Program-made: the position numbers and the translations under genes
Source: a virus
IMG/VR virus record: IMGVR_UViG_3300044658_000099
Location: 1 to 57,455 of that record
Strand: one strand, 5' to 3'
Length of the DNA stretch: 57,455 nt
Notes under the pieces: generated by a model
Database searches by the model: none
Told to the model about the DNA's origin: nothing
The model's input: the letters and a program-made list of their open reading frames with translations, nothing else
Shown here: in pieces, positions 31,230-40,923 of the stretch
How the letters are laid out: every line of letters starts with the position of its first letter
Numbering within the stretch: position 1 is the first letter of the stretch

Positions 31230-31729
31230 GAGATCTGCCAGGCGCGTATCCAGCAGCCTTGGCGCAGGTTCGTGGCCGTCGCATTGCTCGTGTTCTGGGC
31301 CCACTGCAGCGATAGGACGCCCGTCGTCGTGGTGACGACGGTTCCCTTGATGTCCGCGGTGAAGAACGTGCCACCGCTGGTGCCGAGGGCGAGGGTGCCG
31401 GCGAGGGCGGCGCCGCCCGCGTTGAGCTGCGACGTCGACGCGGTGGTGATGCCGTTGACGCCCCACACGCCGAAAGACGAGGTGCCGGTGTAGTTCACGG
31501 TGATTTTCAGGTCGCTGCTGCCGAGAGTGCCGCCGGTGTAGTTCAGCCACACCCCGAAAGCCCACGTGCCCGTCCGAGGCAGCGACAGGGCAAGGTCGGG
31601 GTCGTCGGCGACGGTTGTGGTCGCCGACCGGGATGTGGCGGCCGGTTTCACCGCCCACAGTGGCAGCATCTGCGTGAGCAGGCTGGCGGTGATCTGCTGC
31701 CCTGCGGAGATGCTCGGGTACTGGGACAA
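31226..31729 (-). CDS. Minor tail protein (167 aa)
   Basis: Beta-rich T/S/G composition. It is the last structural gene before the lysins. Confidence 0.65.
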   Translation of the reverse strand: MSQYPSISAGQQITASLLTQMLPLWAVKPAATSRSATTTVADDPDLALSLPRTGTWAFGVWLNYTGGTLGSSDLKITVNYTGTSSFGVWGVNGITTASTSQLNAGGAALAGTLALGTSGGTFFTADIKGTVVTTTTGVLSLQWAQNTSNATATNLRQGCWIRAWQIS

Positions 31730-31739
31730 GGGTGCCTCC

Positions 31740-34700
31740 TTACAGGGCGATGTACGGGGTGGTGGCCAGGGCCACGCCAGTGCCGGCGGTCTGCGCCTTG
31801 ACGACGGTGTTCACGGACCGGGTCACCTGGAGGGTTTGCGGGTTGATGACCTCGTAGTTGTCGAACTGGACCGCCACTGTGGCCGCGTTCGTGTTGGTGG
31901 CGCTTCGGATGGATCGGGTGCCGATCTGGTTGGCGGCGGTGAGCGACGTGTCGGTGGCCTCGACATGCCAGTTGCTCGGCTCCGCATTCGACGCGAGATA
32001 CGCCCGCGCGCGCAGCGTTGAGCCTTGCCCCTGGAACCGGACCCGGTAGAACGTGCCCGCGGCGTAGGTGTTGGGCAGCGTGAACGCGCCGAGCTGCGTC
32101 TGCACACCGGCGATGTTCTTCCGGATGGACAGGATGATCGCGTTGCCGGTGGTGAACTCCAGCCTTGCCATGTACAGGTTGTTGGCGTCCTGCATGCGCG
32201 CGGTCGCCGCCCCGAACAGGGAGTCGCCGGTGGCCAGTGCGGTGGTGGTGATGTCGCAGTACACGTCGAAGTCCGCGTGCGCGGCCGTCACCGCGGTGAG
32301 GCGGGCGGTGCCCGTCGTGGACAGGGTGTGGACCCCGGCCGAGCCGTTCACGCTGTAGTCGCTGGTGCTGCCGCCCGACGTCGTCCATACCGCCCCGATG
32401 TCCGGGGTGCCCCACCCGTTCGACACGGTCCGGCCGAACGAGTCCTTCAGCCACGATGTGATCCCGGTCCCGCCGGTGATCAGCTTGACGTTGTCCGCGT
32501 ACAGCAGGTACCCGGCGCCGGGAGTGCCCGACACGGCGAAGTGGATGCCTGCGAACGCTGCGCTTGCGGGGGCGGTGAACTGGGCGTTGAGCGGAGTCCA
32601 CACGCCGGGCGTCAGCGTTGCCGGGTTGGACGTCGTCGTCAGGTACGCGCCGCCCGCGTCGTACCAGTTCACGTGAATCCCGGCCGTGGACGGCAGCGTG
32701 GCCGGCGCGTACAGCCATCCCATGGCCGTGTAGGTGCTGCCCGCCGTGACCGCGCGTTTGGTGTCCTCGGCGCGGGGGCTGGACCCAGTGCCGGTGGTCA
32801 GCAGCGCCGACCAGGAGCCGACCCGGCTCACCGACTGCGAGCGGGACAGGGTGGCGTTCGTCGGCGTCCAGCCGCTGGTGTCCGTCTCGAACCCGGGGTT
32901 GGTGGTGAGGACGGTGCCGGACGGTTCGACCTGCATCGTCTCGCCGCCGACGCTGATGTCGAACGGCAGTTGTGTGACGTCTGTGGTCCATGTCGGGCCG
33001 CTGCTGGTGAGTACGGTCGCGGTCGTCGCCGTCGACGTCATCGCGGCCGCCAGCTGGGATCCGGCCGTGTCTGCCCGGCCGAGTACCGGATCGTTGGTGA
33101 CGGCGACGATCCACGGGCCGTGCGGGCTGCAGTTGTAGACCAGCGTCCACGTGTACTGGTCCATGGTCTCGGTGTAGCCCTCGACGCGCAGGTCGATGGT
33201 GTCCGGGGGCAGCCACGCGGGTGGGTTGGTGATCTGCAGGCGGGAGCCGACATCCACGGCGGTGGCGTTCTCGATCGACGTGGGCGCGCCTGCGAGGTTG
33301 ACGGTGACCTGCGGGTAGCGGGTTTCGTCCCACGTGCCGATGTGGAGGCGCCAGTTCGCGTGCTGCTGCGGCTGGGTGTCGTCGAGGAGGCCCAGCGTGT
33401 ATGAGGTGTCGTACAGGCCGATCCCGTTCGGCGGGGTCTGCGTGGACAGGCTACCGGTGGTGAGGGTGGCGCGCGCGGATGCGCCGGAGGTGCGGGCCAC
33501 GGTGACGTCGTTGGTGACCTGCTGGTCGTCGTCGACCGGGTTCAGCGGCGCCACCAAGCCGTCCGTGCCGGCGTAGTTCAGGGTCAGCGCGGCAGGCTGG
33601 TTGTACATGCTGGCCCGGGTCACATACCGCAGGCCCAAAATCGCGCGCTGCTCGGCGAGGATCCCTTCGTCGACGTCGCCTGCGGCGCGCACGATTTTCA
33701 GGGCGGTGCCGCGTGGCTGCGGGCCGCACTGCTCGTCGCCGAAACTGGTGGCGTAGGAGTTGATGTTCTCCTCGGTGCCGATGCGTCCGGCGCGGGATGC
33801 GCCCGTTTCAGCATTCCAGCCGACCATCACCCCGGCTGACGCCAGGAATGCGCTGGTCGTGGCGCCGATTGCGAGGTGTCCGAAGACCGTGCCGCCCATG
33901 GCGTGGTCCTCGCCGAACCTCACTTGCGTGATACGGCCCGTGCTGGTGGGGGTGAGGGTGTCGGTGATCGTGTCGATGAACGGGTTGTTGTTCGGGACCG
34001 TGGTCAGCATCGATTTGGCGATGTCGACGATGGTGATCAGGTAGCTGACGCTGGTACCGCTTTGCGTCAGTCTGATGGTGATGTACTTCTCCAGCCCGTT
34101 CAGGAGGATGGGCGCGAGGAAGCCCGAGTCGTAGAGCAGTGCGTTGGTGGAGTCGTAGACCCGGACCGCCGGGTTCCCGGCTGCGTTGACGTACAGCGAC
34201 CACGTGGCCGCCGCGCCGGTCTGCGAGAACGACATCAGCCGCTGCGTCGAGGTCACCCCAGCTGCTGGCAGCTTCGTGAAGAAGCCGATCATGCCCGTGT
34301 TCGTCGAGTCGAGCGTGTAGGACGGCACCGACACGGTCAGCGCCCCCGTGTCCACGGTGGGGATCGCATCCGAGGCGACCCAGTCCGCGTAGGCGGCGGG
34401 CGTCACCGCCCCAGAGATGGTCATGGAGGGGTGTCCGGCGTACGCGGATGCGAGGCTGGTGGCGTCGGCGCCGTCTTCCATCGGCCAGTAGGCGACGATG
34501 CCGGCGGCCATGCGGCCGGAGGTGGTGAACTCGCGGTAGAACGGGCTCTTGGTGGGGACGGCTCCGATGCCGAGGCGGCGCAGTACTCCGGCGGCCTCTA
34601 CGTCGGTGACGACGTCGAATCCGCCGGTTTCCCAGCGGGGTGTCCATGAGGCGATCTCGCCGACGAACCGCACCTTGCGGTTGGTGATCTGGGCGTTCCC

Positions 34701-35606
34701 GGCGGTCGACCACGTACGGCCCGCACTGTCCGTGAAGCTGGTGGTTCCGCTGGGCTGGGAGGTGAAATCCGGGTTGGCGACGAGTGTTCCGTTGATGCCG
34801 TTGTAGACCTGCGCGGCGTGGACGTGGCCGATCGCCGGGTTGTAGCTGAAGTTGGGCACGGAGCCGATGTGGAGGTCCGCCGTCCCAGAGAAGATCGATG
34901 TGGTGCCGGTGCCGGTGACGGGGGCGCCGAGCTGGGTCCACGTGCCGTTGATCGAATCCGAGGTATAGAAAGTAAGGGTCCAGCCTCCGGCGCCGTTGTC
35001 GACGTCGAGCGTCGCCCGTACGGCGAGGCGGCCGGACGTGGTCAGAGGCAGGGGCGCGGTGGCGGTCGTGCCGATGATGGTGCTGCCGTCGGCGGACCAG
35101 CGGAAATACAGGGTGCCCAGCCGCGCGTACAGGACCCACGAGGTCTGCCCCGCAGCGCCTTTGCCGATCAGCTCGGTGCGTGCGAAGTCGCTCGCCCCGC
35201 TGAACGGGTACTCCGGCAGCGTCCAGTTCGCGAGGGTGGCGTCCAGGCGGACGTCGATGTCGCCGGTGATGTCCAGGGCCGCCGTGTCGGGGGTGGTGGC
35301 GTAGTCGCCATCTGCGCCGGGCAGGTCGAGGGCGACGCTGCCCGTGCCCACGCTGACACGGATCGGCGTGTTGCGGCCGATCTGCCCGTAGTAGACGCCC
35401 GACGGGTTCCGCGGGCTGTAGTTGCCGCTGTTGTTGGACAGCACCAGCGAGCAGCGCCCGAAGTCGACCTGCTGGGCCCAGTCGGAGCGGCCGCGCGTGA
35501 TACGGATCTGGTCCGCGGCCCGTACGTCGCTGGTGATGTCGGTCCAGGTCGTCCCGTCGAGGGAGATGTCGACCTGGATCGGCAGCGGGGTGTCGGGAAA
35601 CGTCAT
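31740..35606 (-). CDS. Large multidomain tail/baseplate protein (Dit-like N-terminus, lectin/LamG-like and carbohydrate-binding-module-like domains), 1288 aa
   Basis: Immediately follows the TMP. N-terminus is MTFPDTPLPIQVDISLDGTTWTDITSDV..., and the C-terminal third has NPGFETDTSGWTP...YLLYADNVKL, which is CBM_4_9-like. Confidence 0.85.
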   Translation of the reverse strand: MTFPDTPLPIQVDISLDGTTWTDITSDVRAADQIRITRGRSDWAQQVDFGRCSLVLSNNSGNYSPRNPSGVYYGQIGRNTPIRVSVGTGSVALDLPGADGDYATTPDTAALDITGDIDVRLDATLANWTLPEYPFSGASDFARTELIGKGAAGQTSWVLYARLGTLYFRWSADGSTIIGTTATAPLPLTTSGRLAVRATLDVDNGAGGWTLTFYTSDSINGTWTQLGAPVTGTGTTSIFSGTADLHIGSVPNFSYNPAIGHVHAAQVYNGINGTLVANPDFTSQPSGTTSFTDSAGRTWSTAGNAQITNRKVRFVGEIASWTPRWETGGFDVVTDVEAAGVLRRLGIGAVPTKSPFYREFTTSGRMAAGIVAYWPMEDGADATSLASAYAGHPSMTISGAVTPAAYADWVASDAIPTVDTGALTVSVPSYTLDSTNTGMIGFFTKLPAAGVTSTQRLMSFSQTGAAATWSLYVNAAGNPAVRVYDSTNALLYDSGFLAPILLNGLEKYITIRLTQSGTSVSYLITIVDIAKSMLTTVPNNNPFIDTITDTLTPTSTGRITQVRFGEDHAMGGTVFGHLAIGATTSAFLASAGVMVGWNAETGASRAGRIGTEENINSYATSFGDEQCGPQPRGTALKIVRAAGDVDEGILAEQRAILGLRYVTRASMYNQPAALTLNYAGTDGLVAPLNPVDDDQQVTNDVTVARTSGASARATLTTGSLSTQTPPNGIGLYDTSYTLGLLDDTQPQQHANWRLHIGTWDETRYPQVTVNLAGAPTSIENATAVDVGSRLQITNPPAWLPPDTIDLRVEGYTETMDQYTWTLVYNCSPHGPWIVAVTNDPVLGRADTAGSQLAAAMTSTATTATVLTSSGPTWTTDVTQLPFDISVGGETMQVEPSGTVLTTNPGFETDTSGWTPTNATLSRSQSVSRVGSWSALLTTGTGSSPRAEDTKRAVTAGSTYTAMGWLYAPATLPSTAGIHVNWYDAGGAYLTTTSNPATLTPGVWTPLNAQFTAPASAAFAGIHFAVSGTPGAGYLLYADNVKLITGGTGITSWLKDSFGRTVSNGWGTPDIGAVWTTSGGSTSDYSVNGSAGVHTLSTTGTARLTAVTAAHADFDVYCDITTTALATGDSLFGAATARMQDANNLYMARLEFTTGNAIILSIRKNIAGVQTQLGAFTLPNTYAAGTFYRVRFQGQGSTLRARAYLASNAEPSNWHVEATDTSLTAANQIGTRSIRSATNTNAATVAVQFDNYEVINPQTLQVTRSVNTVVKAQTAGTGVALATTPYIAL

Positions 35607-38600
35607 CAGTTGGCCCCCAGGGTTGCGGACACGCCGCCTCGGGTCTTGACTTCCTTACGGCCGACGTCCACCCACAGCTGGCCGAACTGCTTGCCTGCAA
35701 TGTTGAGGTGGATCTCCACCGGCCGGTGGTCGCTGCCCGCCGCCTGGGTTTGCGCGGCGACGGTCCGGGTGCGGTGTCCGGTGGTGAGCATCGACGCCCA
35801 CGGCGCGTGCGCCTCCAGCGCCCTGCGGCGAGAGTCTGGCCCCGACCACACCCGGGAGCCGACCGGCAGGTCGAGCAGCTCCGGCTCGTGCTCGCCCACC
35901 CACGTCAGCCCGCCGCGCACCCCGCCCGAGGCGGCGGCGCCGACGATGCCGCCGGCGGCCTTCTTCCCGACCGCGCGAGCGAGGGCCTTCTCCAGGGCGC
36001 GGGTGAGGTCGAGCATCGCCTTCTCCAGCTTCGACTGCTGGCTCTTGAGGCTGTTGACGAGCTTGTCCTGCGCCTTGATCGCGGCCCCGTAGTAGGCGTC
36101 CGCGGTGGTCTGCCCGGCCTGCTGCGCGTAGGTCGCGGTCGCAGACCGCAGGCCGTTCAGCGTCTTGATCTCCGACGACGACGCGTTCAGCAGCGCCCCA
36201 GCGGTCTGCAGGCCACCGCCTTCGATTCCGGCGTTCGCGATGTCCTGGATGAGGCCCTTGTCGAGGCCCTTCTTCTGCAGGCCCTTCAGCGCCTGGGCGA
36301 ACGCCTGCGCCTGGTCCCGGGACTGGATCGCCGCACCCATGATCGAGGACACCGTCACGGGGCCGCCACCGGAGGCGACGCGGGTGATGTTCGACGCCGA
36401 CAGCACCCCGGACCTGACCGAGTCCGATAGCTGGGAGGCCGAGTTCCTCAGGTCGTCCAGCTTGCTCTTGGCCGCGTCGAGGGACTGGGTGACCTTGTAC
36501 AGCTGCTTGTCGTAGTTGATCAGGCCCTTACCCGTGCGGTCGAGTTGCCGCAGCAGAGACGACTCCTGGCGTCCGCTGAACGCCGCCCTGATCTGCCCGG
36601 ACATTTCGTTGATCGACTGGACGAGGCTGCCCAAGTCCTGCGGCGCGGCCAGGCTCTTCTCTGTGGGGGTCAGGGAGTATCCGGCGTAGCGGCCGTAGTA
36701 GGAGATGCCGAGGCCGCCGCTGATCTGGCCCCGGGCGTCCTTCTGTGCCTGTGTGAGACCGCCCTTCGCGAACCCGGCCACCCGTAGCGTCCCAGCGTTC
36801 ACAGCGTCCATGAACCGCTGCCCGTACTTCCGCACCGAGCTGGCACGGACCACGTACTCGCCCGCGCTCAGCATCGCGGGGACACTGTCCGACGTCTCCG
36901 TACCCGGGCCCACCACACGGCCCCCGTCCGGGGTGCCGCCGCCCGCCAGCCGGATCGGGCCGCCCATCGCCCTGAAAGCCGGCGCGTTGGACGCCTCCAC
37001 CTTCTCGTACACGGTCCGCACGTAGGACGTCGCCACCTGGCCGTCCAGACTGTTGAGCGCGCGCTGGATGAAACTCAGCTTCCCGGACGCCTGGTCATTC
37101 GCCCGCGCCGTGACCGTCTTGTCCTTCAGCGACGCCAGCTGCTGCCTTGCCGCTGCCACCTTCGCCTGCAGGTCGGAGATCTGGGCCTTCAGCGCGGCCT
37201 TCTTCTCCGGCGGGACCTTGTTGAGCTGCTCCTTCGCCGTCTGGATCTGCGCGTTCCAGTTGTTGATGTCCAGCTTCAGTTTGCCTGCGGCGAGTTTCTG
37301 CGAGGTCGATGCTGAGAACGAGTCAATGCCCTGCTGGGCCCTGTCGAGAGACGCTCGGAAGCCGCCTGCCCACTGGTCGAAGTCCTTGTTCGCGGCCCGC
37401 AGTTTCTCGCCGATCCCCGGCACCCAGCCGAACGCCTTCGCCGCGCCGGACACGATCCCGTCCAGCGCGATCAGGGCGCCGTCCGTCATCGCCCGGAATC
37501 CGCGCACCAGCATCGGCAGACTCGACACACCGGCCTGCACCATGGTGAGGATGGTGTCGCCGATCGCCCGAGCGGCCTCCTGGATGGCGCCCTTGTTCCG
37601 TTCCAGGGAGTCCGCCAGCCGCTTCAGCGGTCCCTCCCCGATGTCCCCGGGGATGATCGCGTCAGCGATCGCGCGGGCGACGTCCTTCATCACCGGGGCG
37701 ATCGCGCCCCCCACCGTGCGGACCGCGCGCAGTCCTTCGGCCAGGTCGTGCAGGAACGGGCTGGCCACCTTCAGGGCGCCGGTCAGCGTGTCGAGGGCGG
37801 CACCGCCAACATCCCCGAGCAGCTTGAACCCCTGCTGGAACAGCGGGCCGGTGGCCTTCGAGTACTCGCCGATGAACTTTCCGAGCCCGGGCAGCAGCTT
37901 GTCGTTCAGGGCGTAGGCCAGCCCGTCAATCACCTGCGCGGCACCCTGAATGCCGGGCTCCAGCCCCTTGAACATGCCCGGCAGCCCCTTGGACAGCAGC
38001 CCGCCGGCCAGGCCGGTCAGGGCGTCCAAGGTGGGCTTGGACTTCGCGCCGAAGTCGAGGAACGAGCGGGTGAACGGGCCCATCGCGGACGTCATGTCCT
38101 TGACGAAACCGGTGCCCAGCTTGAGGTTCGTTTGCAGGTCCTTTTGGAACCCGGAGTCCTTCAGCATGCGGCCGACGCCTGCGGCGGCATCCCCGAACGC
38201 GCTGCCCATGTCGGTCATGGACTTGCCGAGGATCTTCACCACCGGCCCGGCTTCCTTCACCGCCTTCGTGAACCCGGGCAGCATCACCTTCTGGATGTCC
38301 TCGCCGACGCCCTTGAACTGGCCCTTCAAATCGACCAAGGCCTTAGTGAAGTCCCGGGCCGGCGGCGACAGCTGCTTCAGGGCCTTCTCGTACTCCTTGT
38401 GGCCCTTGCCCGCCGCCTGCATCGCCTTGTCGACCCCGGCGAATCCGAGCTTCAGCGTGGCCGCCGCGGTTCCCAGCCCCAGAACCGCCGGCACCGCCGC
38501 ACCCAACGCCGGGAGCACGGACGTGCCCAGCGCGACGCCGACCTGCAGCAGCGACGGGGCGAGGCTCATCGCGCTGCCGCGCGTACCGTCCATCGCCCTG

Positions 38601-38746
38601 GTCAGGCCGTCGGAGTCACGGCGCATGCTCGCCGCTGCCGCCGCATAGCGGCCCTGCATGTCCCGCAGTCGCCCGTTGACGTCGCGGAAACCCTCGGTCG
38701 TCTGGTTGTTGACCCGAACTGTGATCGTTACGTCGTCACCCGACAT
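35606..38746 (-). CDS. Tape measure protein (1046 aa)
   Basis: Longest helical, A/G/L/K-rich ORF, directly downstream of the G/T chaperones. Confidence 0.9.
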   Translation of the reverse strand: MSGDDVTITVRVNNQTTEGFRDVNGRLRDMQGRYAAAAASMRRDSDGLTRAMDGTRGSAMSLAPSLLQVGVALGTSVLPALGAAVPAVLGLGTAAATLKLGFAGVDKAMQAAGKGHKEYEKALKQLSPPARDFTKALVDLKGQFKGVGEDIQKVMLPGFTKAVKEAGPVVKILGKSMTDMGSAFGDAAAGVGRMLKDSGFQKDLQTNLKLGTGFVKDMTSAMGPFTRSFLDFGAKSKPTLDALTGLAGGLLSKGLPGMFKGLEPGIQGAAQVIDGLAYALNDKLLPGLGKFIGEYSKATGPLFQQGFKLLGDVGGAALDTLTGALKVASPFLHDLAEGLRAVRTVGGAIAPVMKDVARAIADAIIPGDIGEGPLKRLADSLERNKGAIQEAARAIGDTILTMVQAGVSSLPMLVRGFRAMTDGALIALDGIVSGAAKAFGWVPGIGEKLRAANKDFDQWAGGFRASLDRAQQGIDSFSASTSQKLAAGKLKLDINNWNAQIQTAKEQLNKVPPEKKAALKAQISDLQAKVAAARQQLASLKDKTVTARANDQASGKLSFIQRALNSLDGQVATSYVRTVYEKVEASNAPAFRAMGGPIRLAGGGTPDGGRVVGPGTETSDSVPAMLSAGEYVVRASSVRKYGQRFMDAVNAGTLRVAGFAKGGLTQAQKDARGQISGGLGISYYGRYAGYSLTPTEKSLAAPQDLGSLVQSINEMSGQIRAAFSGRQESSLLRQLDRTGKGLINYDKQLYKVTQSLDAAKSKLDDLRNSASQLSDSVRSGVLSASNITRVASGGGPVTVSSIMGAAIQSRDQAQAFAQALKGLQKKGLDKGLIQDIANAGIEGGGLQTAGALLNASSSEIKTLNGLRSATATYAQQAGQTTADAYYGAAIKAQDKLVNSLKSQQSKLEKAMLDLTRALEKALARAVGKKAAGGIVGAAASGGVRGGLTWVGEHEPELLDLPVGSRVWSGPDSRRRALEAHAPWASMLTTGHRTRTVAAQTQAAGSDHRPVEIHLNIAGKQFGQLWVDVGRKEVKTRGGVSATLGAN

Positions 38747-39304
38747 CGTCCACCTCCCCTCCGTCGTCGCTTCCGCCGCCGAGCTGCTCGATCGCCACCA
38801 GGCGCATCAGCTCGGTTGATTCCTCCATCAGGGAGGTCAGGGTGTAGCCCGGGAACCTTTCGAGCAGGCCGAGCAGGTACCGGGCCCTCCTCAGCTCGCC
38901 AGGCTCTCGGACAGTGCTTCCATCGGGATGGACTCCACCGGGGACGGCCCGCCAGAGGGCGAGCTGTCCGGCAAAGGGTCGGTGTCGTGCACTCCGATCA
39001 GCGTCTGGATCCACGCGTTGTTCATCGCCACGACGAGGTCGTGGTCGACTGCGCGGAGGCCTTCCTCGGTGGGCGGGATCGGCTCGCCGGTGTCTTCGTC
39101 TTCGAGGTTCCAGGAGACGAGGTGCTCGGCGAACCGTCGGAGGGCTGCGGCGCCCCCGCCGTCGCCTTCGCTGCCGTCGAGTCCGGTGGCTTCGAGGTAT
39201 TCGCCGAAGCTCATGCCCTTGACGCGGGCTTCGGCGCCGTGGAATTCGTGTCCTTCGGCGAAGCGGACGGTGTAGGTCTTGACCTTGGTCTTGTAGCCAG
39301 CCAT
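38736..39304 (-). CDS. Tail assembly chaperone G-T fusion made by -1 programmed frameshift
   Basis: ORF 38736..39014 is in the -1 frame relative to G. The slippery heptamer C_CCT_TTG is in the zero frame at 38978-38972, and the downstream frame continues to 38736, overlapping the TMP start. Confidence 0.65.
38891..39304 (-). CDS. Tail assembly chaperone (G-like), 137 aa
   Basis: Acidic protein between the tail tube gene and the TMP. It overlaps the -1 frame ORF 38736..39014. Confidence 0.8.
   Translation of the reverse strand: MAGYKTKVKTYTVRFAEGHEFHGAEARVKGMSFGEYLEATGLDGSEGDGGGAAALRRFAEHLVSWNLEDEDTGEPIPPTEEGLRAVDHDLVVAMNNAWIQTLIGVHDTDPLPDSSPSGGPSPVESIPMEALSESLAS
38972..38978 (-). other. Candidate -1 slippery site CCCTTTG
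   Basis: X_XXY_YYZ pattern in the G frame (gac cct ttg), verified by coordinate arithmetic. Confidence 0.55.
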
Positions 39305-39313
39305 GTTCGCCTC

Positions 39314-39721
39314 TCAGGCCCAGGTGGGAACGGTGCCGTCGGCGAGCGAGCCGGGCGCCTGCCAGGTGAGCTCGCCGGAGTTGGCGCGGGTGAGCTGGTA
39401 GTCCGTGAACAGGGCCTCGAACGCGAGCGTGACGCCGTTGACGGTGATGGTGTTCGTCCGGTTCACCGACGTCGACGGAACGGTCTTGAACACGTCATGC
39501 GACGCGCCAGTGGCCGGGTTGAAGACGCCGTTGTACGTGACGCTGACGTCCGCCAGCAGGAGCAGCCGCTCGATCGCGGACTTGTCGACGCCGGTGACGT
39601 CCTGCACGCCGCGGGGGGTGGCGAGCTGCCAGTTGGTGATGTCGTTGCGGATGTCCTTCGCGGTGCCGCTGGCGTCGTCGACGGACAGTGTGGTCTGTGC
39701 GAGGCCGGTGCTCTTCGCCAT
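39314..39721 (-). CDS. Tail tube-like protein, short paralogue (135 aa)
   Basis: MAKSTGLAQTTLSVDDASGT...DVTGVDKSAIERL... It sits directly upstream of the chaperones and shares motifs with 40171..40923. Confidence 0.65.
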   Translation of the reverse strand: MAKSTGLAQTTLSVDDASGTAKDIRNDITNWQLATPRGVQDVTGVDKSAIERLLLLADVSVTYNGVFNPATGASHDVFKTVPSTSVNRTNTITVNGVTLAFEALFTDYQLTRANSGELTWQAPGSLADGTVPTWA

Positions 39722-39727
39722 GGGTGA

Positions 39728-40171
39728 TCAGCCTTTCTGGATCTCGTCGGCGAGGTTCTGCTGGTGGGTGGCGAAGTCGTCCACCCACTGATCCGGCCTC
39801 TGGAAGAGCCGGGCTTTCGTGCCGCGCGGGTTGCCGCGGTGGTCGCCGTCGCGGACGAGGTACAGCGGCGGCCGGTCCAGGCGCGCCCGGTGCTGGGAGG
39901 CCTTGAAACAGGCCTGCCCCGGCTCGAACACGAGCCAGGTCTCGCCTTCCGCCACCTGCTGTTCGGTGTACTTCCGGCCGGAGTTGCGGGCCGCGTGCAG
40001 CAGGTCGGGGGTGAGCGCCTCGACGCGGACCCGCCACCCGTTGAGGTAGTGCGAGCAGGCGACTTCGGCGCACGTCGCGGGGCGGAAGTGCGAGCTGAGC
40101 GGGGAGCGCATCTCGTACGTCTTGTACGCGGCAGCGTCCATGAGCGGCTGGGGCCATGAGGGCTGGAACAT
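39728..40171 (-). CDS. Hypothetical protein between the two tube-like genes (147 aa)
   Basis: Internal ATG 40169-40171 (MFQPSWPQPLMDAAAYKTYEMRS...CAEVACSHYLNGW...). TGATG overlap. Confidence 0.7.
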   Translation of the reverse strand: MFQPSWPQPLMDAAAYKTYEMRSPLSSHFRPATCAEVACSHYLNGWRVRVEALTPDLLHAARNSGRKYTEQQVAEGETWLVFEPGQACFKASQHRARLDRPPLYLVRDGDHRGNPRGTKARLFQRPDQWVDDFATHQQNLADEIQKG

Positions 40172-40923
40172 CAGAACACCACTCCCGCGACCTGGTTCTT
40201 GATGAAGTTCACGGCGAAGCTGAGCGAGGTGAAACCGCCCGTCGTCGCGGACACCGCGCGGACGTACCGGCGGATCGTAGACGTGTTCGAGATGGCGATC
40301 CGCTGCGAGGCCGGTGCGGCCGTGATCTGCGTGAACGCGAGCCCGGCCACGTCGGCGAACGTCACGTTGTCGGCGCTGTCTTGGATCTTCACCGTGGCGT
40401 CCGTGCCGGTGAACGCGAACACCTGCAGGTACGCCTGCGCGCCGAACGACAGTGACTGCGTGGTGTCGATGCTCGTGCCGTTCGTCGCCGCGGTGTCGGT
40501 GCGGATCCCGGCGGTGAGCTGCTGGCCCCACCCGATCCCGTAGCCGTTGGCCTGCGCGCTCACGCCGAAGGTGAACATGCCGTCGTTGCCGCGGGTGGGG
40601 TCGTAGTTGATCTGCTTCGCGACGATCGACGCGGCCGGATTCCCCAGCACCGTGCCACGGCAGTACGTGAGGATCACGTCCGTCCGGGGCAGCGCGGACA
40701 GCTTCTCGTGCGTGCCTGTACCGGCCTGGACGTGGTTGAAGAACGTGGTCATCTCGAACCGGCCGTCGCGCAGGCCACCGAGCCGCTCGTAGGCGCTCTT
40801 GTTGATGCCGGTGGCGTCCAGCAGGGCGGGGCCGCCGCCGATCTGCTGAAGTTGCTGGATGTCGCCGCTCGCGTCGAACCCTGCGATGTACAGGTTGTCG
40901 CCGAGGCCGCTGGTCTTGGCCAC
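40171..40923 (-). CDS. Major tail (tube) protein candidate, long paralogue (250 aa)
   Basis: MAKTSGLGDNLYIAGFDASGD...DATGINKSAYERL..., with beta-rich composition. It sits downstream of the neck genes. Confidence 0.65.
   Translation of the reverse strand: MAKTSGLGDNLYIAGFDASGDIQQLQQIGGGPALLDATGINKSAYERLGGLRDGRFEMTTFFNHVQAGTGTHEKLSALPRTDVILTYCRGTVLGNPAASIVAKQINYDPTRGNDGMFTFGVSAQANGYGIGWGQQLTAGIRTDTAATNGTSIDTTQSLSFGAQAYLQVFAFTGTDATVKIQDSADNVTFADVAGLAFTQITAAPASQRIAISNTSTIRRYVRAVSATTGGFTSLSFAVNFIKNQVAGVVF

Noticed and set aside
31648-35700. Long alternative-frame ORFs 31648..33333 and 33808..35700 (561 and 630 aa) and similar ones elsewhere (1970..3127, 7497..8693, 37748..39727, 41696..43573, 45499..46917)
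   Set aside because: R/P/G/H-rich translations typical of off-frame reading in high-GC DNA. Each is fully overlapped by a gene with recognisable structural or enzymatic motifs.
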